From: Hypanus sabinus
Taxonomy: Eukaryota
Reading direction: 5' to 3'
Length of the DNA: 64,000 nucleotides
NCBI RefSeq assembly: GCF_030144855.1
Contig: NC_082717.1
Coordinates: forward strand, 65,534,001 to 65,598,000
Part shown: in pieces, positions 14,031 through 26,340 of the stretch
Layout: each line of letters opens with the position of its first letter
How positions within the stretch are numbered: position 1 is the first letter of the stretch
Notes under the pieces: generated by a model
The model's database searches: none
What the model saw: the letters and a program-made list of their open reading frames with translations, nothing else
Told to the model about the DNA's origin: nothing
Program-made: the position numbers and the translations under genes

Positions 14031-14229
14031 TTTTGTGTTCAGTCTTGATGCTTTTCAGTTGACTTGCTCATTGAATATTCTAAACTAAAAAGGCTGCAAC
14101 AGGGGGTTAGCTATGAACTTTTTAACTGGGTAAAATTTATACAAAAGTAAATTAGTGTGACAGCGGAAATATGAGAAAAATTTCTGATTAATTTCCACTT
14201 CATAATATCAATGACACCTTTGGTTCCAC

Positions 14230-14500
14230 TTATAGTTCTACTACAAGGGAAGCTGGTAAAGAGTGAATAAAGCTTGTGTTATTCACCGTGAATGTTTAGT
14301 GGTTTCTTAATAGCAATGTACTACATAAAGGCACCAGGAAGTACTCTGCATTAGCAATTGAGATCAGTAGTTAATAGGATGATGTCTTTTAGCTTTTGTC
14401 ACAAGATTATTAGAAAGGATAGGTTTTCTGTCTCCATCATTCCATGCTTTTAAGGGCCTGTTGAACATAAGTGCCAAAATGCAGGTTTCTCTGCACTGTT
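14230..14500. promoter_or_regulatory. Second candidate conserved non-coding element
   Basis: High-complexity unique sequence next to the previous block, with homeodomain TAAT/ATTA, TGTCA (TALE) and CAGGAAGT (ETS) motifs. Confidence 0.45.
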
Positions 14501-17129
14501 TTCTATGTCAAGTAAAAGCTCTTTAATAGAAAATCTTTTATAGTTTTACCAGGTGATTTTTTTTGTCATTGATCTCTCTGTTTCTCTTACGGTATTAATT
14601 ACTTGGAGTGTTCTGCTTTTCACAAGATGCATGATGTTCTCCTGATCAACAAATTAGAAAAGCAACCCTCAAGCAGGCCTTAGCATTCACCATTTCTTGT
14701 CAGCATTTGTATAATGATATTAGACAGTTTTATTCAATAGACATTCTCTATATTAGACTATTAGGTGATCAAAAGTTAATGTTCAGTAAAGAGTAATTGA
14801 ATTAAAATTACTGCAGTAAAACTGCTAAGCTATAATGACACATAGATTTATTGGATTTCTGACTGTACCAAAAAGGTAGTAATTTTTCATCATCAGTGTT
14901 ATTATAATTTTTAAAATTTGAATGTTCTCTTCCAAGGTAATGATTTTAATGGTCCAACATCAACAGTAAATTAAAAAGCCACATTGTCATTTGATTCACA
15001 CAGCATATTCTTCTGTTTTGCTTTCAATTTTACTTCAGTTTTCAATACAATTCATTGAAGGTAATAGACAATATATCAAAGAAATTTCTGATATTACCAT
15101 GGCAACAATAGTGTTGTGGTTCCAAATTGGACAGTATTACATATTGCAAGAAAAACAATTGGGTAGGTGAGGTTAAAGCATTAAGGTCAGAATAATTTTA
15201 GCTCTTCTCAATTATCTTGAAGTGTTTAAATAAATGAAAGGATGTATTAGAGGCAATTGATATTGCATTCCTGTATTCATTCTTATTCAGTGAAGGAATG
15301 GTGGATTTGGCATGGTGGGGGTGGGGGGAGTGGGTGGCCCAGTGGTTAATTTTCAAAATAGGCAAAAATTTGAATATTCTTATAAGTGTTGAGTTTTTCT
15401 ATAGTTGAATGATGCATATTTGATAGCATTTTGTTCTTATATTTACAGTTTCACAGAATTCTCACCTGGAAATGTATCATTAAGGAAGAGTAATTAAATT
15501 AGTGCTGTTATCTCTCATTGCCAAGATGTATTTGTTCTAGCTGATGGTATTAGTTGAATTGTGTTATCCCTTCATATGCAAAGAAAATGCTGTGTAGCAA
15601 TGGGAATTTGGTGATGGGCTGGTACTATTGACACTGTAAAACATATATGTGGTTGGCTATTCATATTTTCTGAAATAAAATCATTTCCTGCATTATCATT
15701 GTTCGGGGATGGAAATAGAGTTTTGTAAGTTACCTGGATTTCTTTTGCACATGTTGGCATCTGTACCAAGGGAAAGTTAAACAAGCAAAAATGTGTTATA
15801 TACAGGTTTTTTTTGTTTTTTTTTAAACACCGACAGTACGAGTTTTAAACAACAAAAGCAGTGTGCTTTCATATCTAATCTTGAGATTAGGTATTGTGAC
15901 AGAAGCTAAACTGCCTTTTTATGGTGCCAGAATACAACCTTTTTTCTCCCTAACAAGACTGGTCTACCACCATTGCCCACTCAACGTAATTAAATCAATC
16001 CTTTGTACTTACCATTTTCTCCTCTAGTGACAGTGCTAGATCTAATTATATGCTTCATGCATATTCAAAGTGTGGTGCTGACAGCTCTTTAATGAGCTCT
16101 TACTTAATCAGTACGAACAATGTCCATCTTGTTCTTTTTTACCCTTAGACGTTAGAAGTAGAAACAATTGAGCAAAAATGAAACATAAAGCATTCATCTG
16201 CAAAATGTTCTTTTACAAATATAAAAGCTTGCTAAGTTACATTCTGCTTCATAAGATTATATTGGATTAAATAGCAAGTGGTTAAAGTTGAAATTAGAAG
16301 TCCTTGTTTTGATTAGACATTAGTAAGTTTTGTGATTTGATAAATCTGTTTAGGTCTTCAATTGCAGTTACTAATAACAGGATTAATTTATCTCTGGTAT
16401 TACTTTCTGTAAGCTGTTTTAATTTTAAACAAAGACTTGAATGAACATATCAGTTTCTAAACTAAGAAATAATTAGTTCTTTTAAAAGAATTTTGCATGT
16501 GGGATTGTTTGGATAATTCCAGTGTGGTGCTCCTACATGTGGACACATTTCCATCAGGACTAGTAACTTATTGAAATGTATTAAAATAGTAAAATAGTGA
16601 AATGCACTTTATATATTCTGGTCTTGAAATACTTTTGACATGGATTATTCCATTAATTGAATGTGTCTTGCAAACCAAAAATCATCACTATTTCCAATTG
16701 AAGGCCTTTCCTTCTCCACTCTCATTGTTTTTTTTCTGAGGTATTTACCTTTTGTTCCTGCTTATTGGATGTGTTGAACTACTGATATTGGTATGACATT
16801 CCTATAACATGACTCCATTTACTGCTATGTAGGTGACATTTTTTAAAATGTGATCTTTTATTCATGTCAATGCAAACGTATTTTGCATCTGTGTCATACA
16901 AACCTCTCTGCTTCAAAATAAAATTACACAGTTGAGAAGAACATCTTAGGTTAATGGTCTGTTAGGTTTTTTTTATTCTGTATCTTTTTCTCTGGTTTTA
17001 GCTACAGGCATATGTTTAACCATGTTGTAATACGTGATTTGCACAGAATGCTTGTGATTTGTAAAACACTTCTATAACTGTTTATACTTGATTGGTGATT
17101 TTAAAATATTTTTTACTGTTGGCCACCTT

Positions 17130-17460
17130 GTTTTCAGATTCATCCATGCCTTTGATGTCCCTGTTTGTAATCTCCTGCAATGCTAGAACCATCTAAGATA
17201 TTTGTGTTCCTCTAAATTCAGACTTTTAATTGATCTTATTTTCATCAAGAACTAAACTCTAAAATTCCCACTCTCGGCCTTCTGTCATTCCTCTGTGAGG
17301 CACTCCTTATGGCCTACCTCTGACCAAATATTTGGACATCTACCCAAACACTTCTTTCTTTGGTTTGGTGTCAAATTTTGTTTGATAATCCTCCTGTGAA
17401 GTGTGTTGGGATGCTTTGCTAAAAGTTAAAGTTGCTAAACAAATACAAGCTGTTGTTGTT
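17130..17460 (+). mobile_element. L2-clade LINE 3' remnant
   Basis: Ends ctcctgtgaagtgtgttgggatg...aaatacaagctgttgttgtt and resembles the L2-like copy at 29330-29790. Confidence 0.55.
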
Positions 17461-18569
17461 ACTCTGGCATAATTGAGATTCAGAAGAAAAAGCAGAAAAA
17501 ATAAGCTTTATATGTAATTTATTTTACTGGACAAAATAATTGTTTAACTACTGTAGTTTCAAGTCAGATTTGCTTTAGAAATATATTTGCATGATTTGTT
17601 GTAATTAAAATTGTCTGAATGGTCATAAACATGTGAGAAGATATATTCAACAGATGTCATGGTGGGCAAGATGAAAACCTCTCTCCCACCAAACAGAACC
17701 AAAAGATCAAGGTTATTATTATTAACTTGGAAATATTATTACAGCTTGATTATTTTTTTCGATAGATGAAAACCATTCAAAGGACTTAATTTGATAATTT
17801 TGTGTAATTCCTGTTGAAATGGGATTATAGAGAAAGAGAGAGGGTGTTCTTAAACAGGCCTTTCAGCCCATCAAGTCTGCAATGACCATCAATCACAAAT
17901 TTGCACAAATTTTGCATGAATAATACCATTTTAATTTTTTCCCCACATTCTCAACTCACATTTGCTTCTCCAGTTTAAGAGCAATACAGTATACAGGGGC
18001 AAATTAACCACCAAACTGATATGGTTGTGTTCAGGTTGTTGTAGTTCAAAGTAAATCACTTGCAACTTTTGTTATGTAGCTAATGGAATTTTCAGATACA
18101 TTTTGAAATTTAGAATGTTTCCCCATTTAAGCTATGCAATAGCTAATGGGAGGCCAAACAAAATATTGTCAGGTGTAAGCATTTATTCAACATTTAAAAA
18201 CCAAATGAATTTTAAATGGATTATTTTCTGTTTTCTCTCACCCACTGAGCTCTTTCCACTTTGTATAAAACATCTGAGTGATGTTGTTAAGAGTACGTAG
18301 CTGTCTTATAGCTGCCAAAATGTTACAGTTCCTTTATTCAACAGCTGTGAATCTAATGAGGAGATAGTTATGTAAATAGCAAAAATAGTTCCAAATATGC
18401 TTTACGTTCAGAATTCCAGTGTAACTTTAACACCTCAATCTTTAAAAAAAGCAAATGTAGCAAAAAAAGCTTTCATTGTTATAATGAAAATTTAATTAGT
18501 GTTTTTAACAAAGCACACTTAGAAATCTTTTTATTTGATGCCAGTGGAAATGTTCTTACTTATTGCTTT

Positions 18570-21500
18570 AGAGTCACAGAAAACTGCAGCAGAGAAACAG
18601 ACCCTTGAGCCAATTGTGGTCTCTGCCCAACAGTCTAAACTGTCTAGTCCCATTGAGCTGCACCCGGACCATAGCCCTCCATACTCTTCCCATTCATGTA
18701 CGTATCCAAACTTCTCTTAAACTTTGAAATCAAATTTGCATCCACCCCTTGCACTTGGCAGCTCATTCAACACTCTCACCACCTTCTGAGTGAAGAAGTT
18801 TCCCCTCATGTTCCCCTGAAATATTTCACCTTTCAGTCGTAACCCATGGCCTCTAGTTGTAGTCCTCCCAACCTCAGTGGAGAGAGCCTGTTTGCATTTA
18901 CAGTATCTATACCCCTCATAATGTTATGTACCCCCATCAAATCTTCCCCCAGTCTTCCTAATTCTAGGGAATAAAGTTCTAACCTGTTCAGTCTTTCCTT
19001 ATATCTCAGGTCCTTCAGTCCCAGCAACATCCTTGTAAATTTTCTTTGAACTCTTTCAAACTTATTTACATCATTCCTATAAGTAGGTTACCAAAACTGC
19101 ACACAGTACTCCACATTAGGCCTTACCGATGTTTTATACAACTTCAACATAACATTTAAAGTTCTGGCAATTTATATATCAGTTTCTCTGTACATCAAAC
19201 CCTTTCAGCCTCTCACCATTTGAAAAATACCCATTTTTATATTTGTTTATACCAACTCCTGTACTCAATACTTTAATCACCAAAGGCCAATGTAACAAAA
19301 GCTTTCTTTATGACCCTATCTAACTGTGATGCCACTTTCAATGATTTATGGATCTGTATTCCCAGATCCCTTTGTTGTACCGCACTCCTCAGTACCCTAC
19401 TGTTCACTGTGTAAGACCTATGCTGGTTGATCTTCCCGTAGGGCAACACTTCACACTTGCCTGCATTAAATTCCATCTGCCATTTTTCAGCCCATTTATC
19501 CGGCAGGTCCAGATCCCGCTGCAAGCTTTGATAGTCTTCTTTGCCACCCACTACACCCCCAATTGTGGTGTCACCTGCAGATTTGCTGATCCAGATAACC
19601 ACATTATTATCCAGATCGTTGATATAAATGACAAACAACAATGGACCCAGCACCAGTTCCCATAGCACTCCACTACTCACAAGCCTCCAGTCAGAGAAGC
19701 AACTTTCTTCTACCTCTCTCTGGCTTCTCCCACATGGAGAATCCAATCTAATGTCTAATCCAATTTACTCCCTCATCTTGAGTGCCAAGTGACTGAACCT
19801 TCTTGACCAACCTCCCATGTGGGACCTTGTCAAATGCCTTGCCATGCCTTCATCAACAACTTTCCTGGTAACTTCCTTGAAAAAACTCTACAGAGTTGGT
19901 TAGCATGACCTACCACACATAAAGCAATGCTGACTATCCCAAATCAGTTCCTGTCTATCCAAATACTCATATATCTGGTCCCTTAGAACACCTTCCAATA
20001 ACTTTAACACTGCTGATGTCAGGCTCACTAGCCTATAATTTCCTGGTTTATTCTTAGAGCCTTTCTCAAACAACGGAACAACTTTAGCTGTCTTCCAATC
20101 CTACCTCACCAGTCGCTAAGGATGATTTTAATATCTCTGCTTGGGCCTTTGCAATTTCTGCACTTGCCTCCCACAGAGTCTGAGGAAACACTCTGTCAGG
20201 CCCTGGGGATTTGTCCACCTTGATTTGCCTCAAGACACAAAAACCTCTTTCTCTGTAATCTGTATAGAGTCCATGACTTCACTGCTGCTTTGCCTCACTT
20301 CTCTAGCCTCTGTGTCCATCTCCTGAGTAAATACAGATGCAAAAAATCCATTTAAGATCTCCCCCATCTCTTTTAGCTCTCTGCATAGATTACCATTCTG
20401 ATCTTCTGGAGGACCAATGTTGTCCCTTACAATGCTTTTGATGTTAACACACCTGTAGAAGCCCTTAGGATTCTCCTTCACCTTGTCTGCTAGGAGCAAT
20501 CTCATGCCTTCTTTTATCACTCCTGATCTGTTTCTTGTGTTCTCTTGCATTTCTTATGCTCAAGTACATTATTTGTTCCTACCTGTCTGTACTTGCAATG
20601 CACCTCCTTTTGTTTCTTAACTTGGATCTCAATATCTCTCAAAAACCAAGGTTCCCTAAACTTGTTTTCCTTCCTTTTTATTCTGACAAGAAGAAACAAA
20701 ATCTGTACTCACAAAATTTCACTTTTAAAGGCCTCCCACATACCAAATACATTTTTGCCAGGAAACAGCCTGCTCCAATCCACACTTGCCAGATCCCTTC
20801 TGATACCATCAAAATTGACCTTTCTTCAATTTAGAATCTCAACCCGAGGACCAGACCTATCCTTTTCCATAACTACCTTGAAACTAATTGCATTATGATC
20901 ACTAGATGTAAAGTGTTCCCCTACACAAACTTCTGTCACCTTCTCACTTCCTCATGGCATATCAAATGTTGTACACTGTCTCGTTGGCTCTTCTATGTAC
21001 TAATGAAGGAAACTATTCTAATCACATTTGACAAAGTCTATCTCATCTAGTCCTCTTACAGTATGGGAATCCCAGTCACTATATGGAAAGTTAAAATCAC
21101 CTACTATCACAACCTTGTGTTTCTTGCAACGGTTTGCAGCCTTTCTACAAATTTGTTCTCCTAAATCCTGTTGAGTGTGGTGAGGGCTATAATATACCCC
21201 ATTAACATGGTCATACCTTTCTTAATTCTCAGTTCCAACCATAAAGCGTCACTAGACGAGTTCCCCAGTCTATCCTGACTGAGTACTGCCATGACATTTT
21301 TGCTGAGTGGTAACACCACCTCTCATTTAATCCCTCCCGTTCTTATCACGTCTCAAACAACAGAAAACCAGAGTATTGAGCTGCCAGTCCTGCCCCTCTT
21401 GCAATCAAGTTTCACTAATGGCTACAATATCATAAATCCTTCTCCTGAGCTCCTACAAATCGTCTTGCATTGAAATTTACACAACTCGAGACATTAGTCC

Positions 21501-22260
21501 CACTGTGCTAAACCTTTTGATTCCTCACTTTGTCTGAGGTCTTAACAACGTGTCTTCACAACCACTGCATTATCTGTTCTGACACTCTGGTTCCCATCCC
21601 CCTGCAACTCTAGTTTAAACACCCCTCCCCCACTCCCCTCATGCAGTACGAGCTAACCTTCCCACCGGGATATTAGTGCCTCTCCAGTTAAGGTGGTGCA
21701 GGTCCCACTTTCACTTGAAGAAAGCCCAATGATCCAAAAATATGAAGCCCTCTCTCCTACACCAACTCCTTAGCCACATGTTAAACTGCATGATTTTCTT
21801 ATTTCTGGCCTCACTGGTATGTGCTACAGGTAGCAATCCTGAGATCACAACCCTGGAGGTCCTGTCCTTTAACTTAGGGGCACTGGAGTCCTCCTTACCT
21901 GCTCACATCTTGCAACAGGAGCATTCAACTATCCTGCCTAGCATCCTTACTGCTCTAACTGTGCAATTATAAATAAGGAAACAACAAAGAAACTGAAAAA
22001 AAATCTATCTCAGCTTTTCGCCTTCTTTCACTCAAGCCTCTTCTCGATGAAACCTCAAAGAGTTAAATCACCACTCCACAACAACGGTTGCTCCGCTTGC
22101 ACCTGCCTTATTTTAATTTGCCCTCTCTAATGAATCCCAATCTCTGATTGGCTGCTGTTCAAATGCCAAAACCCCCATGAAGCGCTGCTTTTTAACGCAT
22201 ACTCGCTGACCTGTGTGAGTCACTTTTCTCACTTCCGATCTCTGATTGGCCACTGTTCAT
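18570..22260 (-). mobile_element. Long CR1 LINE copy with internal deletions: putative 5' UTR, ORF1 SGNH-esterase remnant, ORF2 endonuclease and RT, 3' UTR
   Basis: Minus-strand translations: SRVVISGLLPVAHTSEARNKKIMQFNMWLRSWCRREGFIFLDHW (ORF1, about 21725-21858); VVIVGDFNFPYSDW (APE endonuclease, about 21070-21115); VKENPKGFYR; VLGPLLFVIYINDLD...KWQMEFNAGKCEVL (RT); LRYKERLNRLELYSLE. Many frameshifts. Confidence 0.92.
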
Positions 22261-22859
22261 TTTACACTTTTCTCCTGATACTGGTAGGATGACTGTCCAG
22301 GGCAGTATATTAGAAGATGTACCTTTCATTAGCAAGATTATGGATTTGGATTGAAATGGATTGGATGGAGTTGTCATCATGAAAGGTGAAATGTCTTTGG
22401 TTATCTTTGGTGGGCAGTAGCTCATAAAAAAAACCCTGCATTTTCACATAGATTGGCAGTATCAGAATATATTGTATATGCTGTAAGCATAGAGCTAGTG
22501 TATACAGTTTCTTGCAGGAAAAAATTGCTTTGTGTCTATCCTATATTTGTAAGGAATGCTCCTGTGAGAAATTGACATTAATGGTGGAATCATGGTAGGA
22601 CATTTTCTTTTACATGAATAAATTTACTGGACTTCAGAATGGAATATTTTTCCAGTTTTTGTTTTACTTCATTTTATATAAAACACATTTTATTCTCCAG
22701 TTTAACGAACATTAATGATTAATATCAACCTGTTCAGTGCATTGAAGCTTGACTTTCAAAAGTCTTATGCACCCTAGCGATATATTTGTGTCTAAGACTT
22801 TTGCACAGTACTGTATTGTGTACAGGCAAAGATTAACATAAACAGAAGGACAATGTTAT

Positions 22860-22955
22860 GTCAAAGTGGAACACTGAAAATGTTCATTAGGTTGGACAGC
22901 ATCTGTGGAGAGAGAAATACAGTTAATGTTTCAGATCATTAATCTTTCATCAATT
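22860..22955 (-). mobile_element. Short Penelope-type terminal-repeat fragment with degenerate hammerhead motif
   Basis: Minus strand TTGATGA-AAGATTAATGATCT-GAAACATTAAC, followed by ...tctccacagatgctgtcc, like the terminus at 1780-1896. Confidence 0.6.
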
Positions 22956-22959
22956 ACCT

Positions 22960-23620
22960 TCTCATGAGAGGTCAGTAAAAGTATGATTAACAAAAAACTT
23001 GTATGTAGTTCTTGCAAATCATTAGAAAATCTATTACAGAATTTTATTTTTAATTGGAGAGGAATTGAATGCAAAAGTAGCTAGGCTTTAGTTATTTGGA
23101 ACATTGATAAAAGTAGATCTGAACCACTGAGTACACTACTGACGTCTGTTTTAAGGAAGGTGCAAGTACTATGGAAGTGGCTCAGGCAAAGCTAACTTAA
23201 CTAGTATCTGGAATGGGCAAGTTATGAAGAGAATTTAGACAGGTTATGCTCTTTTCACTGGAGCTTAGAAGAATGAGCAGGGCTGGATTGAAACCTAAGG
23301 TTCCGAGGAGTCTTGGAAGGTATCTAGTGTGAGAATCTAGAACTTGGAAATCACTGTTCAAAGATTAGAGCTTACTTATTCAAGACAGAATGCATTGTAA
23401 TTTTTTTTTTGCCTCAGTGGGTTGTTAGTCTTTCATTCTCTTCCTCAAAAGGAAGTGGACTCAGAGTCTTTGAATACTTTTCAGGCAGTTATACAGATTT
23501 CTGATAAGCAAAGGGATGAAAGGTTACTGATGAATGGCAGAAAGTTTAGAGTTAGGTTTACAGTCAAATCAACCATGAGCTGATTAAATGGCTGAGTAGC
23601 CTTTTGCTGCTCCAGGTCTG
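22960..23620 (+). mobile_element. Old CR1 LINE 3' fragment
   Basis: ttatgaagagaatttagacaggttatgctcttttcactggagcttagaagaatgag (Y.E.LDRL.LFSLE.RRM motif) and CR1-type 3' UTR aaccatgagctgattaaatggc. Confidence 0.75.
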
Positions 23621-23729
23621 TAATCTAATGTAAAGATGAGAAATCAAACATGTTTTAAGTTGCAGAGAAGAGAGAGAGAGAACAAAGGGAAGATCTCAGA
23701 CAGGATGGAAATAAACAGAATCCATAAAA

Positions 23730-24850
23730 CACAATAGAGTGATAGAGATGTACAGCATCTATGCCAACCATCATATCTACATATACAAATCCCATTTGCC
23801 TGCATTAATTCCATATTCCTCTCTATCCTGCTCATTCAAGTTTCTGTCCGGGTATCTCTTAAATGCTGTTACTGTTCATGCCTTCACATCCTCCTCTGGC
23901 AACTACTTTCAAATATTAATTACTCTTTGTGTGCAAGTTTTTTAGATCCCCTTTAAATCTCCCTTTCACCTTAAACCTACAGTATGTCCTCTAGTACTAG
24001 ACATCCCTACAAGGGTAATGTGGTAGTGCTTTTCCATTGTATCCAACAATGATAGGGGACTTGTGTGGGAGAGTTTTTAAACTGGAAAAGCTGTTGCGGT
24101 GGGGCACTTCCACTCTCTCGACCTCAAAAGTCCAGGTCCAATGATACAAGTAGACGTCACAAACTGAGTTCTTCCTGGCTTGCAGTAGATGACCATGACT
24201 ACTTCTGTGTCTTGCCATGCCCTTTGCTCTCCCCAAACAGAACTGCCTTCCTGGCCATTGGATCTCACTGCTGATCTCATCTACACAGTTGTCCAAATCA
24301 TGGGTAATAGATACTAGCTATGTGCCCTATCTGTGCCTCTCATAATTTTATATACTTCAATCTTGTCACCTCTCAGCCTTCTTTGCACTCGGAAAAACAG
24401 ATCAAGCCTATCCAATTTTCCTCATAACTCAACCTCTCCAATCCAAGCAACATCCTTGTGAATCATTTCTGCACGTCCTCCAATTTAGCTGTATCTTTTC
24501 TGTAGAGTGGCAAACAAATGCAGACTTACTCACATTTTATACAACTATAACATGATTTCTCAACTTTTGTAATCAGTGCTTCAGCCAATAAAGACAAGCA
24601 TGCTGTATGCCTCCTTTGCCAACCATGTTTCTGTATTGTTAGATTCTGGGAATTATGTATTCCCCCCCTCCCACCCCATGACTCTCTGTTCAACAACACT
24701 ACACAGGGCCCTGCCATTCACTTTATGCTGTGCCTTGGTTTAAATTCCCAAAATTAATCACTTTGAGTTGAATTCCATCTGCTATTCCTTTGCCCACCTT
24801 CACAGTTAATCTTTAACATTAGAAAACTTCTTCACTATCACTTTACAATC
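23730..24850 (-). mobile_element. Old CR1 LINE fragment interrupted by an unrelated insert of about 290 bp (about 24010-24300)
   Basis: CR1 motifs caagcaacatccttgtgaatcatttctgcac and gaattccatctgc. The sequence character changes abruptly across 24010-24300. Confidence 0.7.
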
Positions 24851-25629
24851 AAAGTTCATGAAAAATTCCCAAATACTTTTGATTTGTAGGGAATTGGGAA
24901 GTTGTTGAGAAGTAAAAACAAGTTCTGCAGGTGAAGAAAGTTGATAGTGGAAAGGGACTAGATAGGAAGAAGAGAAAGGCACTGAAATCTGAAAACTGGA
25001 AACCATCACAGTGGCAAAGGATATATAAAGTGTCATGTCTTTAAAGAGAAAAGACCGAACAAGGGAGGAAAAGGAGTCAAGGAAGGAAGAAATAATTTTG
25101 TTTGGAGAACTGTCACATTAGTTTGGGTTATGGATATTGGGGAGTAGGTGATACAAGATTTGGGAACTGCGAGACTGTGGACTGTTGAGAAGATATCCAG
25201 AAGAAATCAGGTCAGTACCTGTCTGAGAGACGGCAATCTGATGTTCAGTTGTTTGGTCCTGGTTCAGTGGGAACTACCTGAGAACTGGCATTCAGCCTCG
25301 TATGAGGTGGAAGTCAATTCCCACAGAGCATCACCACCTTTGTCAGTTCTGGTGTTAGTCTTTAGTGAGTGGAGTGCCATAATTTCAGAAGCAATAGGTT
25401 AGAATGAAAAAAGGCAATGTTAAAATTGAGATGTAAAATGTCATCAACCTGAAATGTTAACTTGATTTTTCTTTCTCCACAAGTACAATCTGAGCAAAAT
25501 CTCCTTTTATTTCATAATTCTCCATTGGCTGTTCTAGCACTGATTTTTTAAAAATTCCCTTTCTGTCATTCATTTTCCTCAAGTGATTGCTCTCCAGTTA
25601 GATCAATTACTGGAGCGAGCAAGGATTGG

Positions 25630-26340
25630 CAGTGACTTGATAGGCATGTAGGAGGCCTAGATCGAGTGGGTAGCCAGAGACCTTTTCCCAAGGCAGAAAT
25701 GGTTAATGCGAGGTTTTAAGGTGATTTATTTAAGGTTTTAAGAGCATGGGGGGAGGTAGGTTTTTACACAGAGAGTGGTGGGTGGGTGGGTGGAAGGCCT
25801 GCTGGGGGCATTGATAGAGGCAAATACATTAGAGACATTTAAGAACTTTTAAATAGGCATATGGGGGATAGAAAAAAGGAGGACTATGTAGGAGTAAAGG
25901 GTTAGATCAGGGGTTCACAACCTTTTTTTATGCCATAGGACAACTTCCCAATTTCCTACAAATCCAAAGTATTTGGGAATTCTTCAGGTGCTCTTTGTGA
26001 TCTTAGATAGTGAAGAAGTAGTCTAATGTTATAATATGTTAAAGATCGACTGGAAAAGTGGGGCAAAGGAATTGCAGATGGAATTTAACTCAGACAAGTG
26101 CAAAGTGATTAATTTAGGAAAATCAAACCAAGGTACAGCATAGAATGAGTGGCAGGGCCCTGCATAGCATTGTAGGACAGAGCCTTGGTTGGTGGGAGGG
26201 GGAAGGGGTACATAATTAAGCAAAGGGTCCATGGGCCCCAGGTTGGGAACCCCTGGGTTAGATTGAACTTAGAGTAGGTTAAAAGGTTGGCAGAACATCA
26301 CGGGCCAAAGGGCCTGTACTGTGCTATTATGTTTTATGTT
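25630..26340 (+). mobile_element. CR1 3' fragment hosting the hAT MITE
   Basis: tttttacacagagagtggtgggtg... through gggccaaagggcctgtactgtgctattatgttttatgtt. Continuous once the MITE and one TSD copy are removed. Confidence 0.75.
25908..26255. mobile_element. hAT (Charlie-like) non-autonomous element with captured internal sequence
   Basis: TIRs CAGGGGTTCACAACC (25908) and GGTTGGGAACCCCTG (ends 26255). Perfect 8-bp TSD GGTTAGAT at 25900-25907 and 26256-26263. Confidence 0.9.
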
